Source: the human T2T-CHM13v2.0 reference genome, Homo sapiens. Taken from it: a stretch of 64,000 nt of DNA. The notes below the pieces were generated by a model. That model saw nothing but the letters and a program-made list of their open reading frames with translations. It was not told where the DNA came from and did not search any database. The stretch lies in NCBI RefSeq assembly GCF_009914755.1, contig NC_060926.1. One strand, given 5' to 3'. Of this stretch, positions 30,308 to 46,395 are shown in pieces. Each line of letters begins with the position of its first letter. The stretch's first letter is position 1. The position numbers and the translations under genes are program-made.

Positions 30308-31117
30308 AAAACTAATATTGTTTGGGAGGAATTCATAATTCATAGAAGAGGTGGACTTTCAAATTGCCCATGATGTTAGATGAGGAAAATTTGGTTAATC
30401 ATGATGAGAAGTGAGGCAGGGTCACTAGTTTGAAGAAAACAACCACAGCAATAAAAAATGTACTCTCCACATTCATGTTCTAACACTGATTGATGTTAAG
30501 TTGTAGGTTTAGAGTTCAGCCTTACTGGCAGACTTACTTGTAAATTCCGACTGCTCCTTGGCCAATCTGATTATTCTTAACAACTCAACAGGAGACTTGA
30601 AACTTTAATGGAGATTTGTGATTCTCCCAGGGCGTATATCTATATCTTCTCAGCAGTGTCAGACTGATCTGCTGCCAACATGTTTTTCCCCCTCTCAGTA
30701 AAATAAATCTCTGACTACACATCCTGGCAAAAGCACACATTTCTCCTGGCAAGCTTCCTCAATGGGCATCGAATATCTTGAGATTTCAGACAAAATCATT
30801 TTTCTCCAGGGGAAACATGACTCGTGTAGATGACAGGACCCCAGACAAACAGCAAACTCTGCTCAGAATTTTAACAATTACTAAAAACATATTTCCTATC
30901 ACAGACTCATTTTTTTTTGCCACCAGTACACCCCCCCACACACACAAACACACAGGTGCACACATACATGTGCACATAGTCAATTTTCCTGTACTTACCT
31001 GCATTATGAAATGCCAAACTTATGGTGAGTTTGGAGAGGCAATTTTTTTTTTTTACAAATAATACCCTCCATAAATAAACATAGTTATTATGAATGCACA
31101 CTCATTGTGTAATAGAT

Positions 31118-31600
31118 CTGTGGTTTGTGTCACTTAGCCAACTTTGATCATTTTCTGTCATCCAGAAAATAACTTCTTTCTTAACAACCAACACATAATC
31201 AATGCTTGGCAGTAATGGGCATGTGATTTAGGTTTGTGCCTAATTAGCACATTGCATACCACTAATGTACAGCACAGGAATGAGTACCTGGACCATCTAT
31301 GACCAATGAAAGCAAGGGACCTCCTACTGAGAACCCTGGAAAATATAGTTTTGGTTTTTTTATGTTGTCTTGAAAGTGACAGGCTGTAGGGATTCCATAT
31401 GCTATAGTCATTTTTTGATCATGAAGAGAAAGCTTGTCTGAATGGAGCCATCTGAAAGAAAACTATGGTAAGATATTAGTCATGCCCCTGATGACAACAC
31501 TGAAGTATCTGTATCAAGTCATGCATGTCTGCATGAAGCCCTACATGCAGTCAGCCAGTTCGGGAGGTAATCTCATTCAGGCAGGAGTTTCTGATACTTC
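31118..31600. mobile_element. Possible ancient ERVL LTR (LTR16-like)
   Basis: Motifs gggcatgtgatttagg, gaccaatgaaagcaagg and cctgatgacaacactgaag resemble LTR16/33 relics; highly degenerate. Confidence 0.4.
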
Positions 31601-31713
31601 AAAAAGCAATAAATAGTCCTTTAGTTTTCTCCCACCTCCTACCTAAAATAGAAAATGGTAACAATGACTTATCTATCAATTCTTAGCTGATCATCCTTCT
31701 TCTAAAAACATTA

Positions 31714-31946
<233 letters not shown>

Positions 31947-33868
31947 TTAAGTCCATTATACAATTTTAGGCTCATCAGCATTTTTTCTTAATCATCTGAA
32001 TTTTTCTCATAAACTTTAACACTGTTCCAAAAAAAAAAAAAAAAACAAACAAAAACCTTAAAGCCTACATATGCTTGAGAAGTTATTTTATCCAAAGAAA
32101 AACGACAACCTATTGCCCAAAGTTATTGCCTCATTTCCACTTGCTATTACCTTAGAACTAACTAGTGTTTTGATATTAGTAACCATCCTATAACTATTTC
32201 TTTGTAAGTATTTTCATATATTTTATATTCGTGCCCTTCATTCTTGGGTCTGATTGTTGTTAAGTATGTGAATTTTAATTATTCTTTCTGTCACTTCTTT
32301 TAATGTTGTTTCTGTTTAAATGAATGCAATACTACCAATTTATTCAACTAAATCAATTTTCTATTTAATTAAGTCTTACTTTATGGTTTAATTATATACT
32401 TGGATTACAGTGATCAATCTTCTCTCTAGAGATTTAACTGAAATATGCAGAAATTGATAAAGGTAAAGTTATGTCATTATGTATTTGAAGAGTCATAGCA
32501 TCTGTTGTTTAGATGTATGAATTAGTTTTCCAGACAACAAAATTCTTCAATACTACTCTATGCAATTATGTTGAGAACTATAACATCTATTAATATGTTC
32601 CTTTTGTCTACATTTTAAATACAGCCACTTTTTCTTTGTATATTTCAGTTATGATATTGCAATTTATTTTTCTTTCTATAATGTCAACTGAGAGTGTTAA
32701 GCTTTTGAAATAGCCAATGGTGAATTTTTAGTGTTTAGTGACATAGTATAATGCCTAATCTATAATTTTAAGGAATAAAGTCTGATCTAAACCTTGATAT
32801 GTTCATGATTGCCACTGTGTATTTTATAAGGGAACATATTAAAATTATCAGTTAGTTTCCCTTGACATGTTTGCATTACACAAATTTTCCACAGTGGATT
32901 TATATTATTTTAAAATCGGAAAATATAAAAAATTATTGTCTTTGACCCATATGTCTTTTCCTTCTATCACCTTTTGTATGTCAATATGCTGATATTAACC
33001 ATGACTACAGAAATATTTTCATAAGGGTGAGAAAACTTGCTTAAGTTTTACTGGCACTAGTAACATATCCATCTGTCCATTCAACTGAAATGCTAATGAG
33101 AAGACATTGCATCTTGAAAAGAAAGACATAGCTTTATCAAAGATGTTGGAGATTAAACATGTTTGTCAATTGGACAATGTCAACAATGCAGTTTAGATGT
33201 TACTTTAAAATAAGCTCTATTTTCTGCATGTATCACTGCAGTGTAGAGTTCTAGACCTTTGGGATCATATAAACACATCAATCTTTATATTTACTTTATA
33301 TGAGATGCTCAAGTGGAAGAGAAGCATGAATCTGCTTACATCTTTCCTTTGCCTGGTGATTTAAATAGACTGGACCATTCAACAAGAGTGTTGAGTGTAT
33401 GAGTATGAAGTCTAGAAACTTTTGGTAAGAGTTTTAACTGAAGAAAGTTAATCAGTTAAAGCTGGTGGTTATGCTACTATTCTGCAAACAACCCTTCTGG
33501 TGGGAAAATATATTTAAAATTCTAGAGAGAGATTTTATTTTCCTCTTATGCTATCTTTTTGCAAATAATCCAAAGAATGAAATGGTCGTGTGAAAATTGC
33601 TGCTATTCACATTTTAGCTACAAATCAGAAAAACATCATTTAGTTGAGTGGCTATCAACTGCTCCATTATCTAGCCTGAAAAAGGCTCTTTATCACGGGA
33701 AGTACCATTCATAGGATCGGCACTTCCACAAGAATTAATAATGATTACTTACAATTATGATGACTTTTAAATAAAAACGAACTTTATTCTGGTTACTTTT
33801 TAGGTAAATGCTTTTATTTTGGATATCTAACTTTATCGTATTTACCAGGGATTTGATTCATTTTTTAA

Positions 33869-35691
<1,823 letters not shown>

Positions 35692-35885
35692 TATGTATCT
35701 CTCATGCCATGTTGTAAAACAAACAAACAAAGAAACAAAAAACATACCTTTTAGAGTGTATGGCTATTTTGGAAATCCAAAAGAACAGTCTTTTAGTTAC
35801 ATTGCAATGATCGGTGATTAACGTTTAAAATATAGTAAGTAAAAGATATCTTATTTGAATGAGGCAAACAATTAATAGGCTAACA

Positions 35886-36089
35886 CAGATTCCAGCAAAC
35901 TTTTTATTTAAAGAACCAGAGGGTAAATATTTAAGGCTTTGCGGGCCATATTTTCTCTGTTGCAACTACTCAACTATGCTGTTATAGTGCATAAGCAGCC
36001 ATGAGCAATAAATAGATGTAGCTGTGTTCTTTACAAAAACAGTTCTTAGAAAGCCAGATTAGCCCAATGCTGTAGTTTATGGACCCCTG
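35886..36089 (+). mobile_element. MER58A-like DNA transposon
   Basis: cag..ccagcaaact...gtaaatatttaaggctttgcgggccata...ctctgttgcaactactcaact...gtagtttatggacccctg. Confidence 0.8.
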
Positions 36090-36100
36090 ATCTAGTATAC

Positions 36101-37460
36101 TGTAAACCAAAAATAAAACCCTAAGGCCCCCAACAGACCAAACAGACTCTCTCTTGGCCAAGAGGACCCCAGAAAAACCTGAAAACCTGAATTCCTGGCT
36201 GTGATGGGAAGGGATGTTGAACCCTCTTCTTTATATCTCCTTCCTTTTGGAATTTAAGCACAACTGACCAGCATTCAGGTTAAAATAGAGATCATAAGAA
36301 TAACAAAACAGTCCCTTTGTGGCTAATTAAAAACAAATAAAAGGCCATGCAAGGCAAAGGTTAAGTCCCATCCTACAAACCAAAAAATTTTGTAAAACTG
36401 GCGCTTTTTTTTTTTTTTAAATTAAGCTGGTACAATTTGACTTAATTTCTAACCTAACTACAGATAGCAGACCCTGAAGGAAACAAACATATTTTACCCC
36501 AAAATATATTTTTTGTTATATTTTGAAATGGCCCCACAAAACCATCTTTTGTAGGGAAAATTTGGATCTGCAGACAATCTCTATTAATGTAACCAGACCT
36601 TCCCTTTCCCAAGCCTTTCCCAGATCTAGGGGAGATTAGCTGACAGTCTGACAACTTTAATGTCTGAAAAGAGACATTTACCATCTATTCTCTCTGAGGC
36701 TTCATCTGCATAAAAAGAGCCTTGGCCTTTACAACCCCCTTTAATCTTGATTCAAGCATTTATTTCTTCTGACTTCAAATATTTAGACAAAGTTTAACTC
36801 TTGCAACCAATTACCAATCAGAAAATCTTTGACCCCACTGATGACATGTAAACCTTCCCCACTTCAAGATATCCCACATCTTTAGGATGAACCCAGGTAC
36901 ACCTTCCTTGTATTTATTTATAGTTGTATTAGCCTGTTCTCATGGTGGTATAAAGAAATACCTGAGACTGGGTAATTTATAAAGGGGAGAGGTTTAATTG
37001 ACTCACAGTTCTGCATGGCTAAGGAGGCCTCAGGAAACTTACAATCATGGCAGAAGGTACGTCTTCACAGGGCAGCAGGAGAGAGAATGAGTGCCAGCAG
37101 GGGAAATGCCAGATGTTTGTAAAACCATCAGACCTTGTGAGAACTCACTCGCTATCAGGACAACAGCATGGGGGAAACCACCCCCATGATTCAGTTACCT
37201 CCTACCGGGTCCCCTGACACATGGGGATTATAAGGATTACAATTCAAGATGAGATTTGGGTGGGGACACAGCTAAACCATATCAATGGTTTTACCTACAA
37301 TTCCGATCTCCCTAAAATGTGTAAAACCAAATGGTAACCCAACTCCCTTCAGCATATTTCTCAGTACTTCTTAAGAATGTTCCCTGGGCCATGGTCACTA
37401 ATATTGGCTCAGAATAAACCTCTTTAAAGTATTTTACAAAGTTTATTTCTTCCATTAACA
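36101..37460 (+). mobile_element. MER4-group ERV1 solo LTR, interrupted by THE1
   Basis: Starts tgtaaaccaaaaataaaa, ends ggctcagaataaacctc...ttaaca. Approximate 4-bp TSD atac/atgc. Confidence 0.8.
36925..37284 (-). mobile_element. THE1 (THE1D-like) solo LTR
   Basis: Runs from tgtattagcc to ggggacacagctaaaccatatca. TSD atagt / atggt. Confidence 0.9.
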
Positions 37461-37627
37461 ATGCTAAGTTTAAATTTATATATGTGTAAATGTATTAAAA
37501 ATTATTTAAATGTAATATTGTAACATTATGAAAGTAGGTTATGAGAGTTGAGATTTGCAAGATAGTATTAAAAAATATTCTGACACTAAAACACTAAGGA
37601 AGACCTTATTCAAAGCAATTGCGAGAG

Positions 37628-37973
<346 letters not shown>

Positions 37974-38119
37974 CTATTGCAATATAGAGAAGAGACTTAA
38001 CTCCAACTACAGCAAACACTGCTAGAGGTACTTAGAGCCAATGAGCAGAATAATGCAGTCAATGCATGGAAAACTACTAACAGGAGGTATCCAGGGCAGG
38101 GGGAGTCTTGCTAAACTGG

Positions 38120-38611
38120 TATAAGAGTTATAGAGGAAAGAAACACGAAACACGGCTGGCAGTTAAAGACAGGTTTTCTTTAGTTGAAACCTGAGAGGTG
38201 CTCCTGGCTAGTTTGTCAGGAGCCCTTTCTCTTACAGACTGTGAGTATATATTTGTTTTAGGGTGAGAAGGCTTACCAGAAGCTTGGAATGTTTATGTGT
38301 GTGGATAATTTTATGGTGGGCTGGAATGTCTCTGGGAGGAGAGGAGATTATCTTGGGGCAGACATCTCTTCAGCCAGGAGGAGGGTTGTCTCGGGGCTAG
38401 CATCTTCCTGGCTGGAAGGGGTTATCTAGGGGCTAGCATGTCTGTGGTCGGGGAGGAGTTTGGAATGTTTCTGGTTGGAGATGTTATTTGTGGTTTATGG
38501 TCATGCTGACCTTAGCCATTAGGCTGATACACTTTGGATTTAGGTGGCTTTTATTAGGTTGAACTTTAGAATGAGGGGCATGTCCAAGATGGCAATGCTC
38601 CTGCTCTGTCA
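38120..38611 (-). mobile_element. LTR19-like (HERV-F group) solo LTR
   Basis: Reverse strand begins TGACAGAGCAGGAGCATTGCCATCTTGGAC. Perfect 5-bp TSD actgg at 38115-38119 and 38612-38616. Confidence 0.8.
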
Positions 38612-38984
38612 ACTGGATTAACACAATTTTTGCTAAAGGCAAGCCATAGACTTAAATTTCAAGGGTAGGGGTAGAGGAATTTGATCAAGTGTCAAAGGCA
38701 GGAGGATTCTCACTAAACTGACCCAGCAGGATTCTTGTTAAAGGCAGGCCAAGGTCAAGGGCTAGTTGTGAAGTAGATGGAGGAGCCTGAACAAATTTTA
38801 GTCAAGGCAGATATCTTCATCAGGAGTGCTAAATGCATTTCTAAATAACGTCACAACAGCAATCAATAAATAAATAAGTACATATATATATATGATCGAT
38901 GTGGTCAAAAACTTAGAGGAAACAAAAATATTTGCTGTGATCATTCTACTGGATGGGGCTGTAGTACATACTCTAAAAGCTGTG

Positions 38985-39521
38985 AATGACTGAATGGTGG
39001 CTCACCAAAAATTCCACCAAAATAACCTATTAAAGATAAAGCATGGCTGACTTAATTGCTTAGTTTGGTAAAAAAGATCACTCTTGTCACAGAAAGTGAG
39101 CAGCATATGGAAAGAGAAAAGCAAAGAAGAGTTGCTTATAAAATTTTGGGGGTATGTAGTTTGACAGGTATTTCAATAAGTGGTCTTGATTAGAGTTGGG
39201 CATACTTTGTGATTAAGAGTTTAGGATAGGTGAATTGAGGGATGTGAGTGCTTTGGAGAAGCTCTTAAATAGGAAACAGTCATTTGTTTGTGCTGTATGT
39301 TGTTCTGAGAAAGATATATTTATGAGCCTTAGATGGGCGGTCTATTTTTCAAGTAAATGGGTTTTTGGAAAGTTCTTGAAAAAAAAGAAGGTTATTTGCA
39401 ACTTCAGCTTCCTGGAAAGAATTTCCTGAAATATTAAAGTCATATCAATGCAGACAGTTGAATAGCAAATTGTGTTAATGTAAACAGTAAGATGTGTTGG
39501 TATAGATCGTTTCAATTCTCA
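38985..39521. mobile_element. Possible ancient LTR, resembling the element at 41785-42311
   Basis: Both share layout and motifs (aaagc..gctga.tt.att; aagaa.ttcct.gaa; aaacagtaa; terminal tcaattctca / tcagttctta). Family not assigned. Confidence 0.35.
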
Positions 39522-39599
39522 AAGGAACAAGAAATAGGTTCCTTCTTGAGTTTATAAAGTAATTGAAAACCCAAAACAAACACATCAAAATGGAATAAA

Positions 39600-40720
39600 A
39601 AAACTCAATAAAAAAGATCGAAAGGAATTACATGATTAAATATTAACTGGCACAGGAGTTCAGAAGAGAGGGATATTAGGTGAATACTTTAAAGGTGTTG
39701 GGAATTTAACAATGCTTTGAAAAAAGTGAAAAGTTTGGACAAGATCTGGTGTATTTATTAGTGGGCATTGTAAGAAAATCTGAGTGGGAGTGAAGTTTTA
39801 CATATGTGGAGAACTGTAAGCCACAGATAATCTGGACTATTTTATAGGCTATCGGTAGATAATAAATATATAAATATATGTTAAATTTTATATTTTATTA
39901 TTAGGAAGCCACAGGTCTTTGAGGAGTGTTTGAGATAATGGTAAGTATTGTGTTGAATTGATTGGGCTGTGTAATGGTAATACCTAGAGCCATAGAAAAC
40001 TCTTACAAAACTAGCAGTAGTCTGGGTGAGTGGTCATAAAGAACAATATAAATATAGGAGATGAAGATACAGGAAAGGTGTAACCAACAGGATGGTATGT
40101 ATGTAAATGGAATTTTGAGGGAGAGTAGAGCCAAAACTATAAAAAGTTTAATTGTAGTACTGAGTTTTATATGTCTACAAGATATGTGATCTAGCATAGA
40201 ATTAGAAATATAGAACTGGCCTATGGGAAATGTCAGGACATTAGTTGAATGTTTAAGAATCCATATAAGAAGGTGTGAGTAGTAAAATAGTCACTGAAGA
40301 GCTGTTGGAAAAAAAAAAAAGCCTACAGCTGAGTTTGGAAGGATGCCTTTGTTTAGATAGCAATTGAGAGGAAAGAGCATATAGAAAAATTTGAAGAACA
40401 AATACCAGGGCAAGATAGTGGTTCAAAGTCAAGAGAAGAGGATTGCAAAACCCTACTGTTCATCATCATTGTTACACACTATGAAGTTGAGTTAGGTGGA
40501 TATTAAACATGGGGGAAGAACATATTGTATTTGGTTATTGCAGGTCAGTGATGATGCTGGAAGTCTGAAATTTCAGTAGAGCAAGGACTGCAGCTGTACT
40601 GCAGAAGATACAGAGAATAGCTTGTATGGCTGTTATGGAGAACAAGGTGGAAACCCCTCAGGCAAAAGGTTTATTGAGGCTTACTGTGAAAGGGAAAAAA
40701 CTAGGAACAGAGAAAAACAC
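39600..40720 (-). mobile_element. Degenerate L2
   Basis: Purine-rich antisense L2-like sequence (tgagttttatatgtcta...tatagaactgg; ggtcagtgatga...tttcagtagag). Confidence 0.5.
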
Positions 40721-40739
40721 CAGACTTAATGTACTTTTT

Positions 40740-41026
40740 ATTTATTTATTTATTTTTTGAGACAGAGTCTCACTCTGTTGCCAGGCTGGGGTACAGTGGT
40801 GCAACATTGGCTCAATGCAACCTCCGCCTCCCAGGTTCAAGCGATTCTCCTGCCTCAGCCTCCTGAGTAGCTGGGACTACAGGTGTGCACCACCACGGCT
40901 AATTTTTTTATGTTTAGTAGAGACGGGGTTTCACCATGTTGGTCAGGCTGGTCTCATTCTGTTGACCTTGTGGTCCACCCACCTCGACCTCCCAAAATGC
41001 TGGATTACAAGCATGAGCCACCGTGC
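40740..41026 (-). mobile_element. AluSc-like
   Basis: TSD atgtacttttt at 40729-40739 and 41027-41037; Sc-type ttgccaggctgg. Confidence 0.93.
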
Positions 41027-41784
41027 ATGTACTTTTTTTCTTTAATCCTTTTGTTTTTTGAAGCAGAAATAAAAGATATTTAAGAGCTTAGAGCGCATTG
41101 ACTTGTTTATAAAACAGAGCTTCTCTTTACGAAGGAGAAAGTTCATCTCTTCCCAAAAGTCTTGGGAAAAAAATGTGCATGCAATGAGATCTTGAAGTAG
41201 AAATAAAGGATATTGAAGCCATTTCTAATGGCCTCAGTTTCTTCAGTTAAATATATGGATCCTGGGGCTCTTCAAAATATGAGGAAAGTTTAACATTGTT
41301 GTGAGCAGTGTTTTAGGGAGTTGAATTAGGAGCCTACTGTGTTTTAATTGTGAGTAGCTAAATATTCTAGATTTACCATTGATATATTTAATTAAAGAAT
41401 AAAATCTTGTTGTTTAACAAACCCTTCCTAGATTTATTTGAGCATTTCCTGTGATAGTCATTTCATTTTTTCCACATTTTATTTTTAATTGCTCAGCTTT
41501 TTTTATTGAGTATAGTTTCTTTTAAAACATGGAATGCTACAGAATTTCAATTGTGGATATATCAAAAATAGTTTTAAATGAAGATTATGTTTGGATTAAA
41601 GTTTCTCAGAGAACTGATTTGCCAGAGTTTTTTCTACTTTTTGAAAACTCTTTCTCTATGTAGAGATAGATTATATATTTATTGATTTAATTTTAAAACA
41701 CTGAAACTAGATTATCACGTCAAAATTAAATGCATACTTAAATTAGCCGTTAGCAAGACCAACAGAAACCAATATGGTGACTTT

Positions 41785-42311
41785 TTATTGTTACATATGG
41801 AAGATGAATTTTGTCGGATTTCAACTTCTCAGAAGACTCACAGCATAACCCGTTAAGCAAAGCTGAGTTTATTACCTATAATAGTCAGAAAAGACAACAT
41901 TTTACAAGAGTCGGAGTGTCCAGAAGGAGAGGATTAAGGCGAAATATGAATAGGGTTGGAAATCTAGGTTTGAGTAGATAAGACTGAACTTTCAATGTGA
42001 GGATCTGGTTTGGTTAGGCACATTTCAAGACGTAATAGTTTAGGATTGGTGAACACAGAAAGGCAGGAATCTTGAAGTGAGTTGTTTGATAATTGAGCCA
42101 TTTACCCAGTTTTAGGAGTTGAATGTTTCTAGAAACTAATTTTCAGCCATTTTCTGAAAAAAAAAAAAAAAAAAAAAAGTTTTTCGTTCTGATTTACAAC
42201 GTTAAGTTCATAAACAAGAACTTCCTAGAACAAACAGTAAAATAATGTGAATGTAGGCTGCCTTTATTTTTGGTCCTGATAGATAAGGTGGATGCAGAAG
42301 TCTCAGTTCTT
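41785..42311. mobile_element. Possible ancient LTR, resembling the element at 38985-39521
   Basis: Motif-level similarity only; contains an internal poly-A at about 42156-42178. Confidence 0.35.
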
Positions 42312-43529
42312 AATTTCAATACCACATTGAGAACTAAATTAACAATGGAAAATGCTTTATTATCTGCTTTGTGTGGAAGAGGTATAAAATATAAGGCTGC
42401 ATTTACCTGAAAGATTTTAAATTAGGATACTATGTTTTTCTTTTTGTCAGCCAAATTATGGGAAAAAAAATTGGATCGAAATGGCAGTAATGATAGTTAG
42501 GGTTACTGCAGACTGAAAATACGTGCTTAGATCTCAGGGTACACAGGCCAGATAGTGATTCTATTCTGCCATACATTTTCATTTTAGGAAAACTGACTGA
42601 GTCGAATGTGTGTTCAGAATAATTGGCTCTTAACTGTCAAAGAGTTAAAAAGGAGAAAAGATTATTTAATCAAAGTACCTTGTAGATATGCATAGTGCCA
42701 TGCTTTAAGAATATTTCAAGTACTCCTACCTTAATCTTTCCATGTTAATGCACTTAAGTCATTGATCTGATTCACTCATATTTGATTACTTAAAGTTAAA
42801 CAAAATATATCATACAACATTTAGAAATGTAGTTCCAGAATGAAGGATCACTATTAGTCTGGTAGATAACTGTTAATCTAGTAACAGGAGTTTCAAAACT
42901 GGGGATTCCACTAGTGATTATAAATCAAACTGTAAAGTAGGATAAATATGAAATCCAGAAGACCAGATTATAAAGAACAAAAAAAACCCCAAGAAAATTA
43001 ATAAGGGCAGATATTAGTTTCTTTTAAAATAATTCATGCAAAAATCTTTATTATTTATTAAGCTAGAGAATTACATGTGAATTTTAAAAGTTTATCCTAT
43101 TAATGCAACATTGAGAGTCTAACAGTAAAATTTGCAGGAGTGTAGATCTAAAGGTATTTACAAATCTCAATTCTCTGTAGATTTTTCTCAAGGCCAAATA
43201 ATTATCCAAGAAAATTGACTTTAAATAAACTGATATTAAGTGTAGTCTTTATCTTTTCAAACAAGCTTCACTTCCTTCTACTTTGTTCTAAGGGAAATCA
43301 TGATGAATTTTCTTTCGATCACCCCTAATAACAACCTATCACTCATTTAAGATTTTCTTTCACTATGAGGAACTATGGGGTCACGCATTTCTTTTTCTCT
43401 TCTCTTGACTAGGAATCACCATTCATACTAAAATTGCTCTATGGCTTTTCTTTCTCTCTAACACCACAGACCTCATCTCAATTTAAAATTCTGCATTGTG
43501 CTTGTGTACTCACCCAATGATTTCTTCCT

Positions 43530-44242
43530 ATCCACTGCAAAAACCAGTTCACTGAGACGTTGGTATTGCAGTAAAGAAGAGTTTCAGTAACATGAGATTA
43601 GCCATGTGGGAGAACTGGAGTTATTACTCAATGAGTTTCCCTGAAGTCTTGGAGGTCAGGGTTTTTCAAGGAAAGTTTGGTGGGCATGGGACTAGGGAAT
43701 GGATGCTGCTGATTGGTTGGGGGGGATGCAATTATAAAAGTGTGGAAAACTGTGCACTGAGTCTGCCTCTGGATGGGAGGTCACAGGACTGGTTGAGTCG
43801 TGAGTCCAGGTGAGGCCAGTCTGAAAATCATCTCAGAAGACCAACCTGAGGTTCTACAACAGTACTATCATCTATATTATCTATATATAGGCGAGTCACA
43901 AATCTTGTGACCTCTGGCCACATGACTTTTGAGCAGTAAGGGATTATAGAAACTATAGCTACATTTTAGGAGAATTCAGGCCTCTTTCATAATTTCAGTT
44001 TTGTGTCCTTTCATTAGTATTACAAGGGTGGTTTCAACCCCTGAACGAGGAGGGGATGAGGTTTAGGGAGGGACTATTATTATTCTTGTTTCAAGGTTAA
44101 ACTATAAACTAAATTTCACCAATGGTTCGCTTGGCCAATACCCAAGAATGAGTGAAGACAGCCAGCCTACGAGCCTAAAAGCAAGATGGAGTCAGCCATG
44201 TTAGATTTCTTTCATTATCATAATCTTTGCAAAGATGTTTTT
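43530..44242 (-). mobile_element. LTR8A/B-like ERV1 solo LTR
   Basis: Reverse strand starts ...ctttgcaaagattatgataatgaaagaaatctaacatggctgactccatcttgc, the typical LTR8-family 5' end. Confidence 0.8.
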
Positions 44243-46300
44243 GCCTGCCTTTTGAGAGAAAAGCTACTTGTCGAGTGTTTTGTTTTGTTTTGCTCTATTT
44301 ATCTCCATGATGCAATGGAAAATGGAAATTTATTTTCTCTTAATTTATTGAGAAAATATTGTAAGGATGATTTTGTTAGGGCATGCTATTTGGCTCTTGA
44401 TAATTCATGATGATATGTTCATCACAATCAAGAAGTGGGCCAGAGATGAGAATATTTTAAAAAATTCATAGAGGGAATAGAAGTTAGAACTCAAAGTTGA
44501 GGTTGGACTGTTGATTTGAGCAAGCATTAATTGTGAGCAGGAGGACAGGAGATCAAATCAGCTGGCAAGACCAAATGAGCATTACAGATGATTGGTGTTG
44601 CTGTTGAGACATGATCATAAATATGAATGAAAAGGAAAAGGAAGAGAGGAAAAGAATATAAATCAAAATAAATATTTATTGTTTATGTAAATCTGTTATT
44701 TGTTCTGCATCAACAGAAAGGAAAACAGATAAAGTTAATGATAAAAAAAAAAGAACCCAATTCCTTTTTAGCTGATAAAAGAAGTTCAGAAGGTGATACA
44801 GGCCTTAATTTAAAGATCATATAGAACTATCAGTCCATACGGCCAGCCTCAGGGAGTAACTGGGAAATCCCTTCTTTATCTCCTTACTTTCCTCCTTCCT
44901 AAAAAGTCCATTTGACTTTCCCTGTTTCCCAGGCCACAGTTCCAACATGTCACTGTTCCCATGTGATTAAGGTCAAGAACTACTGGCCCTCTGTGTTATT
45001 CTTGACTCTAACAGGAGAGTCATATTGGACTATGTGTTTTGAATTAGATACTGAAGAAAACAAACTTCAGCTTTGCTAATATTTCTTGCTTCTTGTCATA
45101 TAAATTGTACGTGTAACTATTAATAATATTTAAATAATGAGAGAAGGGGTCAGAAAATCTTGTTCTGCCAAAAGTGTCAGACACCTTTTCGTGTGTTTTT
45201 GTGGCTAATCTTTGTAACTCATCATTTAGTACTTGTTTTATAACTTTGCAAGTGGAGACATTCAGTTTCTGAGAGATTGTAACTTATACACATTCATTCA
45301 CTATAAGTAGTGAATCTAATCTCCATTAATATCACCTTTCTTCCTAGAATGAGCAGGAGATTAGGGATGTGTAAGCAAGAAAAGGCTAGAATTGGGTAAA
45401 ATTGGGTAAAAAGATTATGATTTAAAAAGAGAACATATTCAAACCTACTTTAATGTGGCTATCTTCTCTTTTACCTAATCATATATATATATATAATTAT
45501 GTATAATTATATATATATATATTTATCTCCAGAGTATCCTTATATCCTGTCAGTTTTACCTCGTTAGTAATTTCAGGCAGAGATATTGTTAAGATGTTTT
45601 AATTTTCTAACAAATATGGCCAAACTTACCTCAAAAATATGTAAAAGCAATTATCTGAAAGAAATGCAATTATTTAAAATGAAGACATAGTTCTTCTAGA
45701 GTTGAAAAAGTTCATTCATTGATATAGTAGTAGCCTCAGATTTTGAGCTGCAATTGTGCAAGCCAGGTAAAATACCACAGAAAAAATTCACAACCCAGAA
45801 GAGAATTCAAGATGCTGAATAGGAATTCAGTGGTGGTAGAAGAATTGGATCCATAAATAGGTCTGCATGAGAATGATTCAATCTTAGGAGACATAGAACT
45901 GTTAGAGTTACAGTCAACTGGCAGCACTTTTAAGTTAAAATACTGGATCATCATCAGTAATGGTTTACTTTAGAGACTGGAGGCACTTCTCTTTGCCCAT
46001 TTTTTCTCACCACAGAATGTGCAGCAGACTGCCCATATTTTAATTAATTTTCATTTGTTAAACCATGAACCTGAGTGGCCCTCATACTAACCCCTTGTTC
46101 ATTGCACAATAGACCATGTGTTAGGCGGGCTTCCTGATCTTTCACGAGAATGAATGCCAAGTACAGAAATCTGCTTGGGTTATTGAAGGCTAAAAATGAT
46201 TATTCTAATGTGTCTGTTTATTTTGCACGTTTTCTCCCCTACAGTTACTATATTATCTAGTCAATGTATTTGTCAATTGTGAATGTCTTTGTTGTTGCAG

Positions 46301-46395
46301 ATACAGATGTGGTGTATAAAAGCGAGAATGGACATGTCATTAAACTGAATATAGAAACAAATGCTACCACATTATTATTGGAAAACACAACTTTT
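46301..46395 (+). CDS. DPP10: Internal coding exon of DPP10 (inactive dipeptidyl peptidase 10, Kv4 channel auxiliary subunit), probably exon 4
   Basis: Acceptor gtctttgttgttgcag| ends at 46300 and donor |gtaagt starts at 46396. The 95 nt are 2 nt plus 31 codons, (G)AT ACA GAT GTG...ACT TTT = (D)TDVVYKSENGHVIKLNIETNATTLLLENTTF, matching my recollection of the DPP10 extracellular domain. It includes two N-glycosylation sequons (NAT, NTT). Exon number is from memory. Confidence 0.95.

Noticed and set aside
38285-38490. Recurring ggaatgt / ttatct.ggggc units resembling a repeat-spacer array
   Set aside because: Internal tandem motifs of the LTR19-like element. Not CRISPR-like, and the DNA is human.
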